The position numbers and the translations under genes were made by a program. Shown here one piece after another: positions 30,014-37,921 of a DNA stretch of 64,000 nucleotides. The notes beneath the pieces are model-generated. The model ran no database searches. It was not told the DNA's origin and saw only the letters and a program-made list of their open reading frames with translations. Numbering within the stretch: position 1 is the first letter of the stretch; every line of letters starts with the position of its first letter. The DNA comes from Nitrospinales bacterium (GTDB lineage Bacteria > Nitrospinota > Nitrospinia > Nitrospinales > VA-1): assembly GCA_965223345.1 (NCBI GenBank), contig CBDCWG010000012.1, positions 2,912,001 to 2,976,000 on the forward strand. The letters run 5' to 3'.

Positions 30014-30133
30014 TGCCCTGACCTCCTGGAAACTCCCCTTGTGTGCTGCGACACCCCCCGCTTTACATCATGCTCCCGTTTTGCTTCTCCCCCCGCCAAA
30101 GGCTTGACATTTTTGGCCATGCAACAATATAAG

Positions 30134-30150
30134 AGCAATCCCCGTGCCGG
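30134..30150 (-). promoter_or_regulatory. Putative sigma54 (-24/-12) promoter for the 30013 beta-barrel gene
   Basis: Minus strand CCGGCACGGGGATTGCT = GG-N10-GC with GGCACG and TTGC. Confidence 0.65.
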
Positions 30151-30290
30151 AAATTCCCATAAAATTACTGAAAAATTATGGGTTATCGAGACTTCTTTGA
30201 GATCGGGAGGTTAACGGGAAAGGCCTGAACGATCGATCCAGGTCGCGGGATGCTACCTTGCGTCAAAATTTCCGACAGGGCGGCGCTGTC

Positions 30291-30977
30291 TTATTCGGGT
30301 TTGCCGCCGCCGGCGGAACGGGCGCAGCGGACCCCGACATAGTGGAAGCGCTGGTTGGGCAGCGAGAGGATGCGGTGATGGGAACGCAGGCTTTTCGGCG
30401 AATTGCGCCAGGAACCGCCGCGCACCACTTTTCCCTGCACTTCGTGGTCGCTGGCGGTCCATTCCCAGACGTTGCCGGCCATGTCGTGCAGCCCCCAGGC
30501 ATTGGGCAGCTTTTGCGCCACCGGGTGGGTCTGCTTGTTCGCGTTGCCTTTGTGCCAGGCGTAGCGATCGTCCATCCTGTCTCCCCAGGGATAGCGGGTA
30601 GAGGTTCCGGCGCGGGCGGCTTTTTCCCATTCGTGCTCGGTCGGCAGGCGCTTTCCGATTTTTTCGCAGTATTCCTGCGCTTCAAACCAGTTCATATCTT
30701 CGACCGGACGGCGCGGGCCTTTAAAAAAAGAAGGATTGAACCCGATGCGCTTTTCATAGGCTTCCTGCGTCACTTCGGTTTTGTCGATGTAAAACGCGGC
30801 CACGCTCTTTTCCTCGATCGCACCGGGCCGTCCCGACGGATAGGCGCCGCCCTCGATCCGCACCATGCCGGCGAACTCCCCTTTCCTGGCGGGTTCGGCG
30901 GCAACGCCATTGGCAAGCAGGGCGGTTGCGCATAAAACGATCGCAACGAGAGGATAACCGGGGTGGGTTCGCATCAT
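30291..30977 (-). CDS. FGE/SUMF1-fold protein, exported
   Basis: FYIDKTEVT, RLPTEHEWEKAAR, PNAWGLHDMAGNVWEW, RGGSW, GVRC. Confidence 0.92.
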   Translation of the reverse strand: MMRTHPGYPLVAIVLCATALLANGVAAEPARKGEFAGMVRIEGGAYPSGRPGAIEEKSVAAFYIDKTEVTQEAYEKRIGFNPSFFKGPRRPVEDMNWFEAQEYCEKIGKRLPTEHEWEKAARAGTSTRYPWGDRMDDRYAWHKGNANKQTHPVAQKLPNAWGLHDMAGNVWEWTASDHEVQGKVVRGGSWRNSPKSLRSHHRILSLPNQRFHYVGVRCARSAGGGKPE

Positions 30978-31305
30978 GAAAAGGAATGGAATGGGGTTGA
31001 ATCGAGCGCAATCACTGCCCGCAACAGCGTCAGATTAACACGAAAACGCGGCGTGCAATTTCCCGGGACGAAAGCCGATGCGAAACCGCACGAGGAAACC
31101 TGAGCCAAGGTTTTCAATTCAATAAATTTTCCCCCGTCGAGGCCATCCGATAAATCCGTATCACAACGTACTTTAACCCCCTGATCAAGGCAGTTCAAAA
31201 CCCATTGATATAGTGTGCCTTATGAACTTTCCGACTGAAAAATCCGGCATTTATCGGTAATCTGATAGAAATCGCAGTTTATTTTCAGGAGGGGGGAGCA
31301 CCGAC

Positions 31306-32283
31306 ATGGGCAACGGCAAAAAAGAAACCGAACGTTTCAACCTTTGGGCTAATAAAATCAAAGAGTTGGTCAAAGAGACCGAATCGTTCGGCACCGAAAT
31401 CCACAAAGAGCTGCAGGCGATCAAGCAGTCGCAGGAGAAAAATCTGCGTCTGCTGAAGGAACAGGAGTATCAGCTTGAAATCGGCGACGAGGAACTCACC
31501 AAGGCGAAAGACGAGATCAAGCAGCTCAAACTGCAAGTCAAAAAAGTCGAGAAGCTGGAGTCCGCTGGCGAAGACCTCGTCAAGGCGAAGGACGAAATCA
31601 AGCAACTCAAGATCCAGTTGAAGGACGCCCAGAAATGGGAAATGGCGGATGAAGAACTGCAGGAAGCGAAAAAGGAAATCAAGGAGCTGAACGATCAGGT
31701 CAAGGAACTGCAGAAATTCGAACTCGCCGAAGAGGAACTTCAGGAGGCGAAGCAGGAAATCAAAGAACTGAAAATCAGGGTCAAAAAAGCCGAGAAGCTG
31801 GAAGGCCCCGGCGGGGAGTTGACCCAGGCGAAAGAAAAAATCAAGCAGCTGAGCGCCAAGCTCAAGGAAGCGCAGAAGTGGGAAACGGTCGAGGAAGAGC
31901 TGCTGGAAGCCCGCGAAGAAGTGCAGACGTTAAAGAAGAAGGTCACCGAGCTGAAAAAGCTGGAGGCCACTGCCGCAGAATTGAAAAAGGCCAAGCTGAA
32001 GATCAAGGAACTGACCGACAAGCTGCAGGACACCAGCAAGCAGAAGGCGGCGGAAACGGAACTGCAAAAAGCCAAGCGGGAGATCAACACCCTCAAGGCC
32101 GACAACAAAACCTACGAGAAAAAGATCAAGGATCTGGAAAAATCCTCCAGCCAGAAAGCCCAGCCCGTCGCCGCCGCGACGCAACGGAGGCGCGCCGCCC
32201 CCAGTGCGATCAACCTGGAAGACATGGTGAGCGACATCGACACCCAGCGCAGCCTCGACGAAGAGAAGAAGGCGTTTCTCTAA
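31306..32283 (+). CDS. Long coiled-coil protein with eight 27-aa repeats
   Basis: GGAG RBS; repeats of the form LE...EEL..AK.EIK.L...V....K across about 31474-32121. Confidence 0.85.
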   Translation: MGNGKKETERFNLWANKIKELVKETESFGTEIHKELQAIKQSQEKNLRLLKEQEYQLEIGDEELTKAKDEIKQLKLQVKKVEKLESAGEDLVKAKDEIKQLKIQLKDAQKWEMADEELQEAKKEIKELNDQVKELQKFELAEEELQEAKQEIKELKIRVKKAEKLEGPGGELTQAKEKIKQLSAKLKEAQKWETVEEELLEAREEVQTLKKKVTELKKLEATAAELKKAKLKIKELTDKLQDTSKQKAAETELQKAKREINTLKADNKTYEKKIKDLEKSSSQKAQPVAAATQRRRAAPSAINLEDMVSDIDTQRSLDEEKKAFL

Positions 32284-32292
32284 ATTCTCCTT

Positions 32293-34101
32293 TTAAAACC
32301 AGCCATAACCCAGTGTCAGTGCGCCGGGGCGGCGCGGGTCCGACGCGCCCTGGTAGTCCTTTTTCTTTTTGACGATCGACTGCGTCGCGCCCATCGGTTC
32401 CCGCACGACGACGTTGTGTCCGCGCTCGCGCAGCGCTTGCAGCACGGCGTCGCTCAATCCCGGTTCCACCCGCAACTCATCCGGCAGCCATTGATGGTGC
32501 ACGCGCAACGCGCCGGTCGCGGCGGCGATGTCCATGCCGTGGTCGATGACGTTGAGGATCACCTGCAATGTGGTGGTGATGATGCGGCTGCCGCCGGGGC
32601 TGCCGGTGACGAGAACGGGTTTGCCTTTTTTGAACACGATGGTCGGGGACATGGAACTCAGGGGCCGCTTGCCCGGCTCGATGGCGTTGGCCTTGCCGCC
32701 GATCAAACCGTAGGCGTTGGGCACGCCGGGCTTGGCGGAAAAATCGTCCATCTCGTTGTTCAGCAGGATTCCGGTGCCTTTCACCACGATTCCGGAGCCG
32801 TAGGGGAAATTGAGCGTGTAGGTGTTGGACACGGCATTGCCCATTTTGTCCATAATGGAAAAGTGCGTGGTCTCGCGGCTTTCATAAGGAGCGGGCGCAC
32901 CGGGAAATATGACCTCGGACGGCTTGGCGCGGGTGGGGTCGATCCTGCCGCGCAACTCGGCGGCGTATTCCTTGGATGTGAGCCCTTTCACCGGCACGTC
33001 CCAGAAATCCGGATCGCCCAGGTAGCGGCTGCGGTCGGCGTAGGCGAGTTTCATGGCTTCCGCCATCCAGTGCAGGGTCTCGGCGCTGTTGTGCTTGTGC
33101 AGGGAAACGGGAACAGACTCCAGGATGTTGAGGATCTGGATGATGTGGATGCCGCCGGAGCTGGGCGGCGGCATGGAGACGATTTCGTGGCCGCGATAGG
33201 TCCCGCGCACCGGTTCGCGGATGCGGGCGCGGTAGTTTTTCAGGTCCTCAAGATCGATGGCGCCGCCGTTGGCCTGCATCTGCGCGGCGATCTTCCGCGC
33301 GATGGCCCCTTCGTAAAAGGCCCGCGGCCCCTCCTCCGCGATGGCTTTCAGCGATGCAGCGAGATCCGCCTGAATCAGCACTTCCCCCACTTCGTAAGCA
33401 GACCCGTCCGGCTTGAAAAAGATCTCCGCCGACTGCGGCCAGTCCATGAAGCGGCTCTCATGCGCTTCCAGTGTGGCCTTGAGATGCGGGGTCACGACGA
33501 TCCCCTCCTCGGCCAGTTCGATCGCCGGCTCGAGCGCCTCTTTCAGGGACAGGGTGCCGTATTTTTCCAGCGCCAGCGCCAGCCCGGCGACGGTGCCCGG
33601 CACGCCGGCGGAAAGGTGCGTGTAACGGGAGCGGTTCTCCACCACCAGCTTGAAGTTGTCGAGGAACATGTCCCGGGTTGCGGCGGCGGGTGCGGTTTCC
33701 CGGTAGTCGATGGCGACGGTGTCGCCGGATTTGGCGTCGTGCACCAGCATGAATCCGCCGCCTCCCAGATTGCCGGCCTGCGGCAGGGTGACGGCCAGCG
33801 CGAACCCGACCGCCACCGCGGCGTCCACGGCGTTGCCGCCGTCTTTGAGGATTTCAAGTCCTACTTTGGAAGCGACCGCCTCCTGGGTGGACACCATGCC
33901 CTTCCTGGCGGAGACGAGCTTGGGAGCTTCCAGCACTGCGATCTTTTTTTCTTCCTTTGTGACTGAAGGCCCCGATCCGCAACCGGTGAAAACCAGCATC
34001 ACAAAAACAGCCACGATTTTACGGAGAGAGTGTCTTCGCATGCGCATCCTTTGAATTGAGGGAAATCCCAGCATTGTACGATTTTTTCCCGCCGCTTCCA
34101 A
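32293..34101 (-). CDS. ggt: Gamma-glutamyltransferase (lipoprotein-type signal)
   Basis: GGNAVDAAVA, GNLGGGGF, IDYRE, ETTHFS, LLNNEMDDFS, PGKRPLSSM, GSPGGSRI. True start may be 34047 or 34041. Confidence 0.96.
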   Translation of the reverse strand: MEAAGKNRTMLGFPSIQRMRMRRHSLRKIVAVFVMLVFTGCGSGPSVTKEEKKIAVLEAPKLVSARKGMVSTQEAVASKVGLEILKDGGNAVDAAVAVGFALAVTLPQAGNLGGGGFMLVHDAKSGDTVAIDYRETAPAAATRDMFLDNFKLVVENRSRYTHLSAGVPGTVAGLALALEKYGTLSLKEALEPAIELAEEGIVVTPHLKATLEAHESRFMDWPQSAEIFFKPDGSAYEVGEVLIQADLAASLKAIAEEGPRAFYEGAIARKIAAQMQANGGAIDLEDLKNYRARIREPVRGTYRGHEIVSMPPPSSGGIHIIQILNILESVPVSLHKHNSAETLHWMAEAMKLAYADRSRYLGDPDFWDVPVKGLTSKEYAAELRGRIDPTRAKPSEVIFPGAPAPYESRETTHFSIMDKMGNAVSNTYTLNFPYGSGIVVKGTGILLNNEMDDFSAKPGVPNAYGLIGGKANAIEPGKRPLSSMSPTIVFKKGKPVLVTGSPGGSRIITTTLQVILNVIDHGMDIAAATGALRVHHQWLPDELRVEPGLSDAVLQALRERGHNVVVREPMGATQSIVKKKKDYQGASDPRRPGALTLGYGWF

Positions 34102-34216
34102 CCGCTGCGGCGCGTTCCCGCCCTCACCGTGCCAACCACGCGCTCATTTGGGGTTGCGCCGCTGCGCGCATTGGGTCACTATGAACGTCGCTAACCGCAA
34201 TTTACAGGAGTGTCGC

Positions 34217-34822
34217 ATGCGTGCGCGTTTGATCGGGGTTCTGGTTCTGACCGCGGTGCTGGTGGCCGGTTGTACGGAGCTCAAAAAAAGGGCCTACGAC
34301 GGGTTCGGCGGCCGCGACAAATGGCAGCAGCCGGATCGGGTGATGCAGTCGCTGGCGATTGAGCGCGGCGACGCGGTGGCGGACCTGGGAGCCGGCGGCG
34401 GGTATTTCACGTTCTATCTTGCGGATGAAACCGGCCCGAAAGGCAGCGTGTACGCGGTAGACATCGATGCAGCGCTGCTGCAGGACATCGACGCCCGGGC
34501 CGAGCGCAAGGGCTACGGCCAGGTGCGCACCATCCTGGCCGCGGTGCACGATCCCAAACTGCCGGCGGACGGGGTGGACCTGATCTTCTCTTCCAACACC
34601 TTTCACCACCTGGTCAACCGTGTCGCCTACTTCGAAAGGGTGAAGGATTCCCTGCGGCCGGGCGGGCGCATCGCCATCATCGACTACAAGGGCGACGGCG
34701 AGCACGCGACGCCGGTGGAGACCATCCATACGGAAATGATCCAGGCGGGCTACAAACTGGATGAACGCTTCGATTTTCTGGAAAAGCAGAATTTCCAGAT
34801 TTTCTCCGTCGCGCAGCCGTGA
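34217..34822 (+). CDS. Class I SAM-dependent methyltransferase with lipoprotein signal
   Basis: AGGAG RBS; LVAG|C lipobox; RDKWQQP, VADLGAGGGYF, VYAVDI, LRPGGRIAIID. Confidence 0.88.
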   Translation: MRARLIGVLVLTAVLVAGCTELKKRAYDGFGGRDKWQQPDRVMQSLAIERGDAVADLGAGGGYFTFYLADETGPKGSVYAVDIDAALLQDIDARAERKGYGQVRTILAAVHDPKLPADGVDLIFSSNTFHHLVNRVAYFERVKDSLRPGGRIAIIDYKGDGEHATPVETIHTEMIQAGYKLDERFDFLEKQNFQIFSVAQP

Positions 34823-34865
34823 CTCCCAACCGTCAACCGCATTTTCTCTTTAAGCCGAATCCCGG

Positions 34866-35294
34866 ATGATGGCCACATTCAGCGTCACAAAGACGATCGA
34901 TCTCAACGCGCCGGTTTCCACGGTGTGGCAGGCTTTGACCGACCCGGAAAAGGTAAAACAATATCTGGCGGGCGCGGATGTGGTGTCGGACTGGAAGGTG
35001 GGCAGTTCCATCGTCTACAGCGGCAACTTCAACGGGGTGGATTTCAGAGATGAAGGCGCAATCACTGTCCTCGATGCAAACGAACGGTTTCAGTACACAT
35101 ACTGGAGCGCCAATCACGGCACCGAGAATGTGAAAGCCAACCACGTCGTGCTCACCTATTCTCTGTCGGCGATCGGCTCAGGAACCCGGCTCACGGTGAC
35201 GCAGGAAAATTACCGGCTGCAAGAACTCGCTGAGGCCATGGGTCCGGTGTGGGATCTGATTCTGGGAAACCTGAAGGAACTGGTCGAAGAATAA
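34866..35294 (+). CDS. SRPBCC/AHSA1 domain protein
   Basis: I.LNAP...VW.ALTDP, SDWKVGS, GTRLTVTQ, W..IL..LK.LVE. Confidence 0.9.
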   Translation: MMATFSVTKTIDLNAPVSTVWQALTDPEKVKQYLAGADVVSDWKVGSSIVYSGNFNGVDFRDEGAITVLDANERFQYTYWSANHGTENVKANHVVLTYSLSAIGSGTRLTVTQENYRLQELAEAMGPVWDLILGNLKELVEE

Positions 35295-35456
35295 AAACAA
35301 GGACTTGCTAACCGTCCCTCTGCCAGCGGCGCTTCACTCAAAAAAACTTCCAGACTCATATATCTTCCCGCCTTAAAGTTTGCGCCCGTTCTGCCGTTAA
35401 TAACTTCAAATGGGTGCATTTCCCGCCCGGCTTTCAACCCTTCTTTGAGTCTGGAT

Positions 35457-35594
35457 ATGGAAAAAGTCAAGGTAAGCTATCCCATCGTTCCCACCCCCGA
35501 ATCCGACGGAACCTCGCAGTTCATCGTGAAGACCATCGCCGCTTCCATTTGCGGAGCGTCCATCCCGGCGGTCATCTTTTATTTTCTCATGTGA
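35457..35594 (+). CDS. Candidate small single-TM protein (45 aa), below the ORF-track cutoff
   Basis: MEKVKVSYPIVPTPESDGTSQFIVKTIAASICGASIPAVIFYFLM*; GC3-rich codons; weak RBS. Confidence 0.5.
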   Translation: MEKVKVSYPIVPTPESDGTSQFIVKTIAASICGASIPAVIFYFLM

Positions 35595-35623
35595 CCGCAG
35601 GCCCCCTATAAACCAGGATCGGT

Positions 35624-36268
35624 TCACGCCTGTTTTGTCTTTTCCTCGCAGTCGAACGTGGTTTCCGAGGTCCAGTTGACCTTGATGTATTCCGGGAACT
35701 GGGTCGTGTTGTCCACCTGCGTGCTTTTCAATTCCTCACAGGTCAGTTTCCGCACGTAGCGCAGATCCGCCCCCTGCAGCAGGGCCCCCTTCAAATTAGC
35801 GCCTTCCAGGTTGCAGCCTTTCAGGCTGGCGGCCCGGAGATCGGCGTTTTCCAGGTTGCATTCCTGCAAATGCGCTTGGCCGAGCTTGGCTTCCTGAAAG
35901 TTCACCCCGCTCAAATCCGCCTGCCTGAGGTTGGCTTTCATCAAAAAACTTTCGCGGAAATTGGCGTTTTTGCAGTTGGCGCCGCGCAGGAAGGTGCCCT
36001 GCATTTTGGCCCTGCGGAAAAACGCGTTCGTGCAGTTGGTGCGCGACAGGTTGGCGCCGAAAAAATCCGCACCGCTGAGGTTGGCGTTGCTCAAATCGGC
36101 GCGTTCGAGATTGGCGCCGCTGAAATTGCCCTCGCTGAAGAATCCGTCGCTCAGGTTCGCACCGCGCAGGTCGCCACGGCTGAGATCGATTTTTTTCAAC
36201 TCGGCGGCGCTCAAATCCGCCCCCTTCAGTTTCTCCTTCGATATCTCCAGCTTTTTGCGTTCCAGCAT
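35624..36268 (-). CDS. Pentapeptide-repeat protein
   Basis: Tandem A(D/N)L(S/R)x repeats over most of the length. Confidence 0.92.
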   Translation of the reverse strand: MLERKKLEISKEKLKGADLSAAELKKIDLSRGDLRGANLSDGFFSEGNFSGANLERADLSNANLSGADFFGANLSRTNCTNAFFRRAKMQGTFLRGANCKNANFRESFLMKANLRQADLSGVNFQEAKLGQAHLQECNLENADLRAASLKGCNLEGANLKGALLQGADLRYVRKLTCEELKSTQVDNTTQFPEYIKVNWTSETTFDCEEKTKQA

Positions 36269-36470
36269 GATTTCCTTTCAGCGCCGGGCTGCCGTTCCCC
36301 GGAGTGGATTTGTGTTCGACGGCTAAGTGTTTACGGGGGGCCGATTTTCGCAGCGGGATCTGCTATAATCCTAGCACATTTGCGGGATCATTCCCCGATG
36401 CGACGCAATTCGCTGTTCACCGACTGACTCATCCGGACCGCTCCGGTCCAACGAACTTGGAATCGAAACC

Positions 36471-37022
36471 ATGAGCAAACATCACGACGTTGTCCTGCAC
36501 GACATCCGGGAATCGATCCGGGAAACCATTTTCCGCGCCCACCGCTTCGGCGGGCCGATGGCTGTGGAAGTGGATTCGATGTATTACGGCCTCGGCCTGG
36601 TGGTGTGCCAGGGATTTCTGGAACGGGAGATGAACAAGCTGTACCCGGCGCCGGCGCCGGAAAAAATGCCCGCCAAGATGCCGGACTTCACCTCAAAGCC
36701 TGCTGTTCCGCTGATCGACTTCTGGCATTACAAATGCGACCGCGAGGGCAACTGGTACGGCTGGGACGAGTTGACGAACGCCTACCGGCTGCGCTATTGC
36801 TTCGCGCCCAGCAACGGGGCGACGGCGGCCCACCTGGCCAAAATCAAAACATTCCACAAAGCCATGAACGCCGGTAAAATCCGCGACAAAACCGGAAAGA
36901 CGGTGCGCCCCTATTTCGACCTGAACGGGGACAAATTGCCGCTGCTGCACATGGGGGCCGTCGAGCGCCTCACCACCCTGACCGGCGAGCTGATCCGCCA
37001 CGCGGAAAAAGCGGTGGAGTAG
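36471..37022 (+). CDS. Hypothetical protein
   Basis: 183 aa ORF with genome-like codon usage; no family recognised. Confidence 0.7.
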   Translation: MSKHHDVVLHDIRESIRETIFRAHRFGGPMAVEVDSMYYGLGLVVCQGFLEREMNKLYPAPAPEKMPAKMPDFTSKPAVPLIDFWHYKCDREGNWYGWDELTNAYRLRYCFAPSNGATAAHLAKIKTFHKAMNAGKIRDKTGKTVRPYFDLNGDKLPLLHMGAVERLTTLTGELIRHAEKAVE

Positions 37023-37049
37023 CAAAGCACTTCACCCGCACACTCCGGC

Positions 37050-37886
37050 TCAGCGTTTGACCTCCACCTTGAGGAACACGCTGCGCGTTTCCTTTTTCAC
37101 GACGCGCCCGTGCCTGAGGATCCCCGTCTGCACGCGGCTGGCCTGATCGGTCAGGGCGCTCACTTCGATCCATTCTCCCAGTTCGCCGCTCACGGTGGTG
37201 ATCGTCTCCTGCGTGTGCATCCGGCTCGCCGACTGGGTGGAATGCACCGGGTTGACTTCCACCGTGACGGTCGTTCCGGAAAGGCGCGGGATCAGCGTCA
37301 CACCGGTCACCGCTTCGCGCCGCGAAAAGGACGGGCCGGCGGCGCCGCGCGATTCGTTGGCGATGTAGGTGCTCTCGGAAAGGTGGATCTCGGCCGGGCG
37401 GCCTTCCAGAGTGGTGACGGTCTGGGTGCTCATGGCACTGCCGGACGCGTCCTTGCGAGAAACGCGGCCCTCAATCTCACCGTCGCCGACGCTGCCGGAA
37501 ACGGCGATCCCTCCGGTCCCGCCTGGGGATGGGGGAACGGACACGCGACCGCCGCTGCCGATCGGCACATCGGCGGCGATTTCGGCGCGCTCCTGCACGA
37601 GATCGCTCTTCAAACCCTGCTTGACGGTGATGGAAAGCTGGATGGGCGGAGCGTCGAGCGTGCGGACGATTTCGGCGATGGTTTGCAGGTTTTCCGGCGT
37701 GGTGCGCACGACGAGCTGATTGCGGATGCCCGTCACCCTGCCCTGCCCCGCAAGCAACGGTTCGATCACCGGCACCAGCTCCGCCGCCTGACGGTGATTG
37801 AGGGAAAAGATTTTGTTTTTCATCTGGGCCTGGGCAACGGCGGGCAGCAAGAAAACAAGCAGCACGATCCAAACCGTTTTTAGCAT
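37050..37886 (-). CDS. Short secretin N-terminal (NolW-like) domain protein
   Basis: GGAGGAG RBS before ATG 37886; signal peptide AQA|Q; L.HR.A.EL.P.I.PLL, N.LVVR.TPE, LDAP..QL.I; TLEG.PA.I. Confidence 0.78.
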   Translation of the reverse strand: MLKTVWIVLLVFLLPAVAQAQMKNKIFSLNHRQAAELVPVIEPLLAGQGRVTGIRNQLVVRTTPENLQTIAEIVRTLDAPPIQLSITVKQGLKSDLVQERAEIAADVPIGSGGRVSVPPSPGGTGGIAVSGSVGDGEIEGRVSRKDASGSAMSTQTVTTLEGRPAEIHLSESTYIANESRGAAGPSFSRREAVTGVTLIPRLSGTTVTVEVNPVHSTQSASRMHTQETITTVSGELGEWIEVSALTDQASRVQTGILRHGRVVKKETRSVFLKVEVKR

Positions 37887-37921
37887 CGTCTCCTCCGGTT
37901 CAGCGCGTTTGAGCGGTTGCG

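Noticed and set aside
31474..32121. 81-nt periodicity as a possible CRISPR array or DNA repeat
   Set aside because: Repeats are degenerate, in frame and protein-level; there are no identical repeats with unique spacers and no cas genes.
34118..34136. Minus-strand TTGGCACG as a sigma54 promoter for ggt
   Set aside because: The -12 element reads GGGC rather than TTGC; too weak to call.
35406..35627. 73-aa minus-strand ORF abutting the pentapeptide gene
   Set aside because: Composition is not protein-like; the plus-strand 45-aa ORF is the better candidate.
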